This document shows, piece after piece, positions 8,528 through 17,194 of a stretch of DNA of 64,000 nucleotides. The translations under genes were made by a program, and so were the position numbers. Below the pieces are notes generated by a model, which was not told the origin of the DNA, ran no database searches, and saw nothing but the letters and a program-made list of their open reading frames with translations. The DNA is from Endomicrobiales bacterium (GTDB lineage: Bacteria > Elusimicrobiota > Endomicrobiia > Endomicrobiales > JALOBY01). The DNA lies in the NCBI GenBank assembly GCA_963796955.1, contig CAWCNJ010000003.1, positions 76,037-140,036 on the forward strand, given 5' to 3'. Each line of letters begins with the position of its first letter. Position 1 is the stretch's first letter.

Positions 8528-9537
8528 CAAATGAGTTGAAAACCGCTTACGAGGGAAAGAATATTCTTATTACGGGCGGCCTTGGCTTTATCGGAAGCAC
8601 ACTTGCGCATGCGCTGGTGTCTTACGGCGCCCATGTAACCCTGGTAGACTCTCTGGTGCCGCAGTACGGCGGGAATATGTTCAACATAGAAGACATCAAA
8701 GACAAGGTCACCGTTAATATTTCCGACGTAAGGGACCGCAGCAGCATGAATTATCTGGTGCAGGGTAAAGACTATATTTTCAATCTTGCGGGAACGCTGA
8801 GCCATATAGACAGCATGAGGGATCCTTTTACCGACCTTGATATAAATTGCGTAGCTCAGTTGTCGATTTTGGAAGCCTGCAGGCATAATAACCCCGGCGT
8901 AAAGATACTTTTTGCGGGAACCCGCGGCCAGTACGGTAAAGCAAAAACGCTTCCCGTAACTGAAGAACACCTGCAGGAACCTATTGACGTGAACGGCATC
9001 AACAACATGGCTGGGGAGTGGTACCACATACTTTATTACAGGGCTTACGGCATACGGGCTTGCTCCCTGCGCCTGACAAATACTTACGGTCCGCGTCACC
9101 AGATGAGACACCCTCGTCAGGGCATAATCAATTGGTTCGTGCGGCAGGTAATAGATGGTGAGAAGATCCGGATATTCGGCGACGGTGAACAGGTGCGCGA
9201 CTGTACTTTTGTTGGTGATGTTGTGCATGCCTTTCTGCTTGCCGGCGCATCCCCAAAGGCTGACGGGGAAATATTCAACCTGGGTGGGCGACACATAAGC
9301 CTTAAGGGTTTCGTTGAAAAAATAATTAATGTTGCAGGAAAAGGTTCTTTCGAATTGATAGCTTACCCGGCGGAGAATAAGAAGATAGAGATCGGCGAAT
9401 ATATTGCTGATTACAGCAAGATCAAAAGAGTGCTTGGCTGGGAGCCTGCTATCGGCCTTGAGGAAGGGCTTCGTCAATCGCTCGATTATTATACAAAGAA
9501 TAAAAACAGCTACTGGAAAACCGGAGAGATACTGTGA
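8524..9537 (+). CDS. NAD-dependent nucleotide-sugar epimerase/dehydratase (extended SDR)
   Basis: The Rossmann motif ILITGGLGFIGS and the catalytic YGKAK (YxxxK) are present. The start has an ATGA overlap with the upstream gene. Confidence 0.85.
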   Translation: MTNELKTAYEGKNILITGGLGFIGSTLAHALVSYGAHVTLVDSLVPQYGGNMFNIEDIKDKVTVNISDVRDRSSMNYLVQGKDYIFNLAGTLSHIDSMRDPFTDLDINCVAQLSILEACRHNNPGVKILFAGTRGQYGKAKTLPVTEEHLQEPIDVNGINNMAGEWYHILYYRAYGIRACSLRLTNTYGPRHQMRHPRQGIINWFVRQVIDGEKIRIFGDGEQVRDCTFVGDVVHAFLLAGASPKADGEIFNLGGRHISLKGFVEKIINVAGKGSFELIAYPAENKKIEIGEYIADYSKIKRVLGWEPAIGLEEGLRQSLDYYTKNKNSYWKTGEIL

Positions 9538-10691
9538 TACCAAATAATGATCTTGCACGCCAATACAAAAGAGTAAAAACACAGGTTGATAAAGCTGTTC
9601 TGTCCACTCTTGCCAGCGGCTGGTATGTGCTTGGCAAACAGGTGGAAAAATTTGAATCAGAGTTCGCCGGCTACTGCGGCGCAAAATACGCTGTCGGCGT
9701 TAATTCCGGTACCGATGCCCTTATGCTGGCGCTGATCGCTGCAGGAGTTAAACCCGGCGAAGAAGTAATAACCGTTCCCAATACCGCCGTGCCCACTGCG
9801 GCCGCGATCTCGGCGGCGGGCTGTGTTCCATATCTGGTAGACGTTGATGAAAAATATCTCACGCTGTCTCCGTCCTCACTAAGGCACTTTCTAAGCAATG
9901 GTGTTAAGAAAAAAGGGTCAAAATTTGTCAACAAGCGAACCGGACGCGTGGTAAGCGCGATAATCCCTGTGCACCTGTATGGCCTTTGCGCCGATATGCC
10001 TGCAATATTGAGGATTGCGCGAAAATACGGTCTGGTAGTTATAGAAGATTGCGCGCAGTCCCACGGCGCGATGATAGGTGGAAAAAAGTGCGGTACTTTT
10101 GGCCATGCCGCAGCATTCAGTTTCTATCCGACCAAAAACCTCGGTTGCTTTGGCGACGGTGGGATGGTGGTAACAAATGACAAGGAAATAGACAAACGAG
10201 TAAGGATGCTTCGCAATTACGGCCAGGCTGACCGGTATGTGCACGAAATGAAGGGCATTAACAGCCGCCTTGATGAAGTACAGGCAGCGGTATTATCTGT
10301 GAAACTAAAGTATTTAGAGAGAGACAATAACACGCGCCGGGCGCTCGCAAAAAAATACAGCAAATTGCTGGGCGGGCTTCCTTTATCTTTGCCCGAAGAA
10401 AGGAACGGTTGCCGGCATGTGTACCATCTGTTCGTGGTTCGCGCTGAGAACCGCGATCGGCTCAAAGAATATCTTCTCACGAAAAATATCGTAGCGCAGA
10501 TTCACTATCCAATTCCCATTCATCTGCAAAAGTCTTACTCGGACCTTAATGTGCTCGCCGGATCATTGCGATCTTCCGAGAAGGCAGCAAAAGAAGTTCT
10601 TTCCATTCCATTTTTTCCGGGAATAACTGATACGGAGATCCGGCAGGTGGCCGCAGCGATTAAAGAGTACTTTAAGATAACCGGAGCATAA
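9534..10691 (+). CDS. DegT/DnrJ/EryC1/StrS-family PLP-dependent nucleotide-sugar aminotransferase
   Basis: Family motifs are present: DLARQY...VLGKQVEKFESEFAGYCGAKYAVGVNSGTDAL and FSFYPTKNLG (PLP lysine). The start has a GTGA overlap with the upstream gene. Confidence 0.85.
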   Translation: MIPNNDLARQYKRVKTQVDKAVLSTLASGWYVLGKQVEKFESEFAGYCGAKYAVGVNSGTDALMLALIAAGVKPGEEVITVPNTAVPTAAAISAAGCVPYLVDVDEKYLTLSPSSLRHFLSNGVKKKGSKFVNKRTGRVVSAIIPVHLYGLCADMPAILRIARKYGLVVIEDCAQSHGAMIGGKKCGTFGHAAAFSFYPTKNLGCFGDGGMVVTNDKEIDKRVRMLRNYGQADRYVHEMKGINSRLDEVQAAVLSVKLKYLERDNNTRRALAKKYSKLLGGLPLSLPEERNGCRHVYHLFVVRAENRDRLKEYLLTKNIVAQIHYPIPIHLQKSYSDLNVLAGSLRSSEKAAKEVLSIPFFPGITDTEIRQVAAAIKEYFKITGA

Positions 10692-12238
10692 TGTCCCATA
10701 AAAAGACCGTACTTAAGGCTACTGCGATAATTACTGCCTTCGCTATGGCCGGTAAGCTGCTGGGGTTTGCCCGTGAGATGATTATCGCGGCGAAATTTGG
10801 CACCACGTTCAGGGCTGACGCCTACTTTATCGGCCTTGCCGGGCCGGATTTCATCAGGGAAATAATCTCCGGTGGGGTTCTTACAGCCGTCTTCATTCCG
10901 ATGTATTCGTCGTTCCTGCATAACAATGATGAAGTTCAGTCTAAAAAACTGCTGGATAATACGGCCAGCGTTTTGCTGGTCCTTTTGCTCTCGGCGATAA
11001 TTATTGGCTTGCCGCTGGCGCCCTGGCTGGTAAGGGCTGTTGCGCCGGAAATGGCGGGGGAATCATTTGCGCTTGCGGTGCAGGTCTCGCGCATAATATT
11101 CCCGGCAATGCTTTTTATGGGCTTCGCGAATCTGTACGGCTCGCTGCTTAACGTACATAAACATTTCGCCATGCCTTCCATGGGCCAGCTCATACAGAAC
11201 GTTTGCATAATATTCGGGGCTGTGCTATTCAGCAAAAGTCTTGGTGTTAACAGCATCGCGGTTGGTTTTGTAGCCGGCGCGGTTTTGCAGCTTTTGGTTT
11301 TGTTCCCGGTCATGCGCAAAAATTCTGTTGGCTTTACTTTCGATCTTTCGCTGAGCCCTTCATTCATTAAAATGCTTCGTCTATGGGGGCCTTTGTTTAT
11401 GGTGTCTGTAGTCTCTACCGCGAACGATCTTGTTAACAGGTCTCTTGCGGCGGGCCTGGATGTCGGCAGCGTTTCGGCGATAAACTTCTCTAACCGCATT
11501 AGAGAAACTACTCTCATGTTGAGCGCTGTGCCGCTTGCCACGGCAGTATTTCCTGTTATGAGCCAGCTTGTAGTAAAAAATAGCCGGGAGGAACTGGCTA
11601 CTATTACGCGTTTCGCCCTGCGCCTGACAACCTTTATCGCCTTGCCAATGTGCCTTATCATGCTTGTTTACAGCCACGATATTGTACGCCTGCTTTTTCA
11701 AAGAGGGGTATTTGATTCGGCCTCCACCGCAATAACCTCTACGGCCCTGGTCTTTTACAGCACCGGCGCGCTTTTCATAGCGCTCAGCTATGTTATTTTG
11801 CGCCTCTACTACAGTTTCCAGGATTCTAAAACTCCATTGATAGTGTATTCAACCGCCTGCGTGATCAACCTGGTTTTGGGAATGGTACTTCGCAAATACT
11901 TGCTGGTAGGCGGTATCGCCCTTGCACGTTCAGTTGCGGATCTTGCGGTATTTGTGCTGTTGGCCATGCTGCTAAAGCGCATAATGAACGATTTCAGCCA
12001 GAAAGATTTCTGGAGATTTTTCCTTAAGATATCGCTTATCGGTTTGCCCAGTATATTGTTCTCAAGGTATATTTACAGCTTATTCCCTGCATCAACGGGG
12101 ATCATCGCACAATGCGTCTGGCTCGGAGCTGGAATGGTTATCGCGGTAGGAGTTTATATCGCGGTTTGTAAGGTTTTAAAGGTAGAAGAAGCCGAAAAGA
12201 TGATACAAATAGTCAGAGCAAAGTTGGCAGGAAGTTAA
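10691..12238 (+). CDS. murJ: MurJ/MviN-family (MOP superfamily) lipid-linked oligosaccharide flippase
   Basis: 515 aa, polytopic. The N-terminal MurJ-like signature is AAKFGTTFRADAYFIGLAGPDFIREIISGGVLTAVFIPMYS. Confidence 0.75.
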   Translation: MSHKKTVLKATAIITAFAMAGKLLGFAREMIIAAKFGTTFRADAYFIGLAGPDFIREIISGGVLTAVFIPMYSSFLHNNDEVQSKKLLDNTASVLLVLLLSAIIIGLPLAPWLVRAVAPEMAGESFALAVQVSRIIFPAMLFMGFANLYGSLLNVHKHFAMPSMGQLIQNVCIIFGAVLFSKSLGVNSIAVGFVAGAVLQLLVLFPVMRKNSVGFTFDLSLSPSFIKMLRLWGPLFMVSVVSTANDLVNRSLAAGLDVGSVSAINFSNRIRETTLMLSAVPLATAVFPVMSQLVVKNSREELATITRFALRLTTFIALPMCLIMLVYSHDIVRLLFQRGVFDSASTAITSTALVFYSTGALFIALSYVILRLYYSFQDSKTPLIVYSTACVINLVLGMVLRKYLLVGGIALARSVADLAVFVLLAMLLKRIMNDFSQKDFWRFFLKISLIGLPSILFSRYIYSLFPASTGIIAQCVWLGAGMVIAVGVYIAVCKVLKVEEAEKMIQIVRAKLAGS

Positions 12239-12263
12239 ACCCGAACCGAATGCAAAATCCGGG

Positions 12264-13619
12264 TTACGCGAAGGTATAGAGTTCCAATTTTTCTTTTTTA
12301 CCGCGCAGCGCGCCTTTCGTTAGAAATCGTAACCGCACCGTCCCGCCTAGTTCGTTGACCACATTCTCGGTAAGTATTATGTTCTCTTTCAGGTCTTTGC
12401 AGTAGTCCTGCAGGCGCGATACGGTGTTCACCGGGTCGCCGATAACGGTGTACTCGAAACGTTCCTCGCTTCCTATATTGCCCGAGATAACCTCTCCAGT
12501 ATGGATGGTAATGCCAAGCCGCAGTTCAAATAATCCCTGGGCTTTTCTCTCCGCGTTGTGCGCATCAACCCGTTTCAGAACTTCTTTCGCCATCGCGACG
12601 GCGCGGCGGGCGTCATCCGGGTCGGCGTCAGGCACGCCAAAAACGCACAGGGCGCCGTCGCCAAGGAATTTATCAATTACACCGTCTCGCGATATGGTTG
12701 AACGTACTACTATGGAAAATATCTGGTTAATGGCGGCAACAACCGTCTCAGCCGGGCACTCTTCCGATAGAGCCGTAAAATCGCGGATGTCCGTGCAAAC
12801 CAGCGTGACTTTCTTTTTGGCGCCGCCAAGCGCACTGCGCTCGCGCAAAATATTTTCCACTATCTTCGGGCTTATGTATTTTCCCAGCAGGTTCTTTGCC
12901 AGTTCTTTTTCTTTAAGGCCCTGCACCATCTCCCGCACGCCCATGGTTAAATTCCCAACTTCATCATGATGATCCAGCGGGGGGATAATTACATCAAAAT
13001 TACCTTTGCCTATTTCGCTTACCGCACCGGATAATATTTCTATCGGTTTCACCATAATGCCTACGATGTATAGCGTCAGGAAAAGGCTGGATAACAGCAG
13101 CAGCAGCGCGATCACGACTATCTTCGAGAAAACATTTCTCATCGCGTTATCGATCGTCTCGTTGGAAAAACCAACGCGCACATAACCGACCCTGCTTGAA
13201 GGCCCTTCCAGGGGGATGCCGATGTCGGTTATTGAAACTTTGTTCGCAATGATAGATTGCGCCAGGACTTTTTTAGATGTCGTTAGATTCATGAACAGGG
13301 GAGAACGGTCGGCTTCGCTGATCAGCCGCTGGTCCGTGTGAGAGATGATGATGCCGTTCGCATCCTGCACAATAGCGTAAAGGATGGTTTTTTCCGACCT
13401 GAGTTCCTGAATGCGGTAATGTATACGGAAGGTGTCCAGCCGGGGGATAAGCGATTCGATCGTATCTTTGGCCAGGTAGCCGGCCTTGATGGTCATTTCG
13501 TTGATCTGGGCCTGTTTGACCAGGTTGAAGACCAGCACGCTCATCGCCGAGAGCACAATAACGATAAGGGCTGCGGCCACCAGCCAGAATTTGATCGCAA
13601 GGGATTTTATCTTGAACAT
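12264..13619 (-). CDS. Membrane sensor class III adenylate/guanylate cyclase with a HAMP domain
   Basis: The architecture is N-terminal TM, a periplasmic domain, a second TM, HAMP (VKPIEILSGAVSEIGKGNFDV...DEVGNLTMGVREM) and a cyclase homology domain (VTLVCTDIRDFTALSE, KFLGDGALCVFG, TVIGDPVNTVSRLQ). It is the only minus-strand gene in the window. Confidence 0.85.
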   Translation of the reverse strand: MFKIKSLAIKFWLVAAALIVIVLSAMSVLVFNLVKQAQINEMTIKAGYLAKDTIESLIPRLDTFRIHYRIQELRSEKTILYAIVQDANGIIISHTDQRLISEADRSPLFMNLTTSKKVLAQSIIANKVSITDIGIPLEGPSSRVGYVRVGFSNETIDNAMRNVFSKIVVIALLLLLSSLFLTLYIVGIMVKPIEILSGAVSEIGKGNFDVIIPPLDHHDEVGNLTMGVREMVQGLKEKELAKNLLGKYISPKIVENILRERSALGGAKKKVTLVCTDIRDFTALSEECPAETVVAAINQIFSIVVRSTISRDGVIDKFLGDGALCVFGVPDADPDDARRAVAMAKEVLKRVDAHNAERKAQGLFELRLGITIHTGEVISGNIGSEERFEYTVIGDPVNTVSRLQDYCKDLKENIILTENVVNELGGTVRLRFLTKGALRGKKEKLELYTFA

Positions 13620-13677
13620 TGGTTTAATTAGTGTAACCGCTCACGACAACTATGTCAATGTTTTTATCAAAAACACC

Positions 13678-13706
13678 TTGCGAAAGACCCAATTATCCTA
13701 TATAAT
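13678..13706 (+). promoter_or_regulatory. Sigma70-type promoter (TTGCGA-N17-TATAAT)
   Basis: The -35 TTGCGA (13678-13683), an exact 17-nt spacer and a consensus -10 TATAAT (13701-13706) lie ~60 nt upstream of ATG 13766. Confidence 0.55.
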
Positions 13707-13765
13707 TAACACATAATAATTGGAATTTACAGTGCGCAAATTTGCAACGGTATCCTTTGCATTTG

Positions 13766-15628
13766 ATGAAAAAAATAATCCTCTGCGCCACCTTTATGAC
13801 ATTGCTTCGCTGCCTTGCCCACGGCTATGCCGGTACGTCTGATGACGTGCTGAGCAAGGGACCCGGCGCGCTGGATGTTTCGTTGGGGGGTAATCTTGCC
13901 GGCCTTGGCAACGAAGCTTATTCTGTTTTCTCCAACCCCGCCGCGGTCTCAACCCTTAAAAAAACCGAACTGATAACCAGCAACATATCATACTTTGAAC
14001 AAACCAGCCAGACAACGCTCGGTCTGCTGCTTCCTGTTGACGGTAACGTCTTCAGCGCCATGGTCACCTCTCTCAATTCCGGCGGCTTTGTTCAGCGCGT
14101 GAACCCCTGGGATGAGGGCAGCACGTTCGGCGTATCTTCCAATCTTTTACAGCTCGCCTATTGCCGTGAGATGCTGCGTGGTTTTTCGCTGGGCTTCACG
14201 CTTAAAGAATATTACCAGCTTATCAACGCGAAGAATCTTGCACTTACCGCCAGTGATATCGGCGCGTATTATCAGCCGTTCCCCCGGCTGGGCATAGGTT
14301 TAAATGTACGGAATGTCGTCTCAAGCGAATCTTCCTATTATGTCGACGGGCAAAAGACCATGCTGCCGCTGGGCGGCGATCTGGGTGTCAGCTGGGGCTG
14401 GCAGTTAAAGAAAGCAGCTTTCAAGATCATCGGCGGATTACAGATCGAAAATTCGCAGAATAACGCTTCGGCGGGGCTTGAATGCGCGTACGGGCCGGCG
14501 GCGGTCCGGGTGGGCGCTAATACAGACGGCATGGCCGCGGGTGTCGGCACGCACTTTGGCGATTTTACCATTGATTATGCTATGGCCATGAATGTGTTGG
14601 GGCCCGTCAACACCGTTTCCGTGGGCGTGAAGTTCGGTAAAACGAAAGAGGAATATGAGGAAGACATAAAGCGCATTTACGCCGGCCAGATACTTACCCC
14701 GAAAGAAGCGCATTCGCTGTCAAAACATCACTATCAGGAAGGCTTAAAGCAGATGAATGCCAACCAGACCGCTCTTGCGATAGTAGAGTTCGATACCGCC
14801 CAGCTGCTGGATCCGCAGAATATGGCGGTACGCCGCGAGCTGCTTGCCGCGAAAGCGAAGCTGGATGTTTCAGTCGACGCCGCGCTCATCGCCCGCTACC
14901 GCGACAGCGCCATGAAATCGTACCTTGACCTGAACATGCAAAACGCCCTGGTTGAATGGCAGCGTTTGCTGCTTGTGGACCCCAATAACGAACTGGCGAA
15001 AGAATATATCGCAAAAATTACCGTACGGCTCTCGGATTCCGATGTAAAAAGCGCCGTCTCTAAGATGGATGTAGTTAAGAACACTGAGATCAGCAGGTTG
15101 ATGGATGAAGCCGCCCATTTATACAGTGACAAATCCTATCAGAAAACGATCGCGGTCCTGCGCAAGGTGTTGAAGATAGAGCCGTCATATCAACCCGCGA
15201 AAGAAAAACTTGCCTACACGCTGACCGAATTGAACGGCCAGGTTTCATTGTCCATTGAGAAAGCCAGCAAGCTTATTGATGAGAAGAAATACATTGAAGC
15301 TGCCGCTCCACTACAATTCGCCCGCGACATAAGCCCCGATGATCCGCAACTGCTGGAACTGCTCGCAAAAGTAAACAGCGAAATAGTGCGCAAAGAAAAA
15401 CGCGACCAGCGCAAAAAGAACGACAAGCGTTATTATGAAGCCGTTTCCCTATACATGCAGGCAAACCCGTCCGTGCACCCCAACCCCCAATACAAAAAAG
15501 CCTACGACATTTGCAAAGAAATATTGAGCACCGACCCCTTCTTCGACGCCGCCAAAGACCTGATAGGCCGCATAGACGCAAGAGAAGGCCGCCGAGAAAT
15601 AAGAATGCGCCGCCCGGATGATGAATAG
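13766..15628 (+). CDS. Putative outer-membrane beta-barrel (PorV/FadL-like) fused to a C-terminal TPR-like helical region
   Basis: The signal peptide is MKKIILCATFMTLLRCLAHG. The N-terminal half has GNEAYSVFSNPAAVSTL and alternating-hydrophobic strands ending in ..VSVGVKF. The C-terminal ~300 aa are helical repeats (e.g. ALAIVEFDTAQLLDPQN, ALVEWQRLLLVDPNNELAKEY). The track start at 13742 is TTG; ATG 13766 is preferred. Confidence 0.55.
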   Translation: MKKIILCATFMTLLRCLAHGYAGTSDDVLSKGPGALDVSLGGNLAGLGNEAYSVFSNPAAVSTLKKTELITSNISYFEQTSQTTLGLLLPVDGNVFSAMVTSLNSGGFVQRVNPWDEGSTFGVSSNLLQLAYCREMLRGFSLGFTLKEYYQLINAKNLALTASDIGAYYQPFPRLGIGLNVRNVVSSESSYYVDGQKTMLPLGGDLGVSWGWQLKKAAFKIIGGLQIENSQNNASAGLECAYGPAAVRVGANTDGMAAGVGTHFGDFTIDYAMAMNVLGPVNTVSVGVKFGKTKEEYEEDIKRIYAGQILTPKEAHSLSKHHYQEGLKQMNANQTALAIVEFDTAQLLDPQNMAVRRELLAAKAKLDVSVDAALIARYRDSAMKSYLDLNMQNALVEWQRLLLVDPNNELAKEYIAKITVRLSDSDVKSAVSKMDVVKNTEISRLMDEAAHLYSDKSYQKTIAVLRKVLKIEPSYQPAKEKLAYTLTELNGQVSLSIEKASKLIDEKKYIEAAAPLQFARDISPDDPQLLELLAKVNSEIVRKEKRDQRKKNDKRYYEAVSLYMQANPSVHPNPQYKKAYDICKEILSTDPFFDAAKDLIGRIDAREGRREIRMRRPDDE

Positions 15629-15634
15629 TAACTT

Positions 15635-17194
15635 ATGAAAATGTTCATGCTGTTTTTCATCAACTTCTATACTATGTTCCAACTGTGGATAATTTCATGG
15701 CGAAAAACCATAAGCCCGCGTGTATTTATGGCCTTTTTTGCCATGGGGCTTTTTACCGCTACTTCCGTTGCTTTCGTTTCTCAATGGGTATGCACAAGAT
15801 TTATGGTGCCGAATACGGTTTCATACACATTCAACCCGTTCATAGAGGAGATCGCCAAAATAGTACCGTTGGTTGTATTTATTTTGTTGAATAAAGAAGC
15901 TTTTAAACAATTAAAAGCTACCGATTTTATGTTGCTTGCTCTCGCGACAGGTACTGGTTTTGGTATGATGGAAACCTATTTGTACCTGGTTTCGGGCATG
16001 GATATGACCAACAGATTAACTTTCTCACTGGTGCTTCCTCAGATTTCCTCATACACAACTACATTTGCCGACATCCTCGGCAATTACCAGCAGATTGCTT
16101 ATTCTTTTGCCGGACACGGTATCCTTTCAGCGGCAGTGGGATTGTCTTTGGGCGTTGCTCTTACAGTAGCTATTGATGCTAAGAGCAAAAAATATATTTT
16201 TGCACTACCGACGGTTGTATTGCTATGGGTAATAGCCAATCATTCGATCTCGAATTACCTGGATATTGCAAGTAAGATGTTCTACCCTTTGCAGTTCGTT
16301 TTGTGGTTTGACAGGTCGGGCAGGGTGATAGTCTGGTTCTTTGGCGCATTGTTATTGGGTACGATAATTCGGGAAGAAATACTTCATAGAAATAATCCTG
16401 ATAAAAAAGTTGATGTCGTTCAAAATGAGGCAGCAATGCGTTTTCCTAAGATCAATGTTATGGAAAGAATACTTGATTTTCTGTTAACCGCTTTCATTAT
16501 TCTGCTAGTCGTGCTGTTAAAGTATCAGAGATATACAAACTATGAGATGCTTTTTCGGAATGCGACAAACGTCCTGGCGGTCATTGCAGTGATCAGGGTT
16601 GTTTGGTTGTTTTGGAAAAATAAAGGTGTTTCTTGTGAAACGGTACAGGGATTTAGCGTGAAAGTGTTGTCATACACTGCTCTGGGGCTTACCGTCCTGT
16701 CGGTCTTTGCCTACATCGTACCATTCTCAAGGGTATTATTCCCTTCCGGTATTTATTCTCCATACGAGTTCCTATATAACGCCTTTGGGAGATATTTCAA
16801 CGATTTTGGAGGACTATTACCCGGCTTTATAGCGATAAGCGCGGCTATTGCCGGCATATTTGGCGCATATATAGACCTTTCGGTTGTCTTCGATAATGCA
16901 AGCATTGTCGCTGATAATTGGGGCATGGCTGGGTTGGGGAAAGGCCTTGGGGTTATAAGCCTTGTGATCAATCCGGATGCTACCATTTTTTCAATTATTG
17001 GAGGCGCCATTCTTGGGGGTGGGATAGCACTAGCGGGTATGAGCCTGGGATTACCGGCTATTGCAAGTTGGATATTTGGAAGCACTGTTGGTGGAATAAC
17101 AATCGGGATGATTGAATCGGAGCGAGCCATGCGTAAGCGCCGCACTGAAATACCCGGTAATTCTCCAAACGCAGCTAGATACGAGGACCGATGA
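15635..17194 (+). CDS. PrsW-family intramembrane protease domain protein with a C-terminal glycine-zipper membrane extension
   Basis: PrsW-type motifs are present: NPFIEEIAKIVPLV (EExxK), GTGFGMMETYLY and FAGHGILSAAVGLSLG. The protein is polytopic throughout. The C-terminus is GMAGLGKGLGV...GGAILGGGIALAGMSLG. It is separated by 6 nt from the upstream gene and has an ATGA overlap with the downstream gene. Confidence 0.6.
   Translation: MKMFMLFFINFYTMFQLWIISWRKTISPRVFMAFFAMGLFTATSVAFVSQWVCTRFMVPNTVSYTFNPFIEEIAKIVPLVVFILLNKEAFKQLKATDFMLLALATGTGFGMMETYLYLVSGMDMTNRLTFSLVLPQISSYTTTFADILGNYQQIAYSFAGHGILSAAVGLSLGVALTVAIDAKSKKYIFALPTVVLLWVIANHSISNYLDIASKMFYPLQFVLWFDRSGRVIVWFFGALLLGTIIREEILHRNNPDKKVDVVQNEAAMRFPKINVMERILDFLLTAFIILLVVLLKYQRYTNYEMLFRNATNVLAVIAVIRVVWLFWKNKGVSCETVQGFSVKVLSYTALGLTVLSVFAYIVPFSRVLFPSGIYSPYEFLYNAFGRYFNDFGGLLPGFIAISAAIAGIFGAYIDLSVVFDNASIVADNWGMAGLGKGLGVISLVINPDATIFSIIGGAILGGGIALAGMSLGLPAIASWIFGSTVGGITIGMIESERAMRKRRTEIPGNSPNAARYEDR

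Noticed and set aside
8488-9684. A 398-aa antisense ORF covers the whole SDR epimerase gene.
   Set aside because: It lies opposite a gene with clear Rossmann/YxxxK motifs. Its translation has no recognisable motifs and a Cys/His/Arg-rich off-frame composition. It is a typical stop-poor antisense frame.
12238-12265. A possible bidirectional terminator hairpin (AACCCG...CGGGTT) lies between the convergent murJ and cyclase genes.
   Set aside because: The stem is only 6-7 bp, the loop is 14-16 nt, and neither strand has a U-tract. That is too weak to call.
12264-13619. The cyclase could be read as a Pycsar- or CBASS-like anti-phage signalling enzyme.
   Set aside because: It has the TM-periplasmic-TM-HAMP sensor architecture typical of housekeeping signalling cyclases. 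There is no adjacent effector gene with a cNMP-binding, TIR or TM effector domain.
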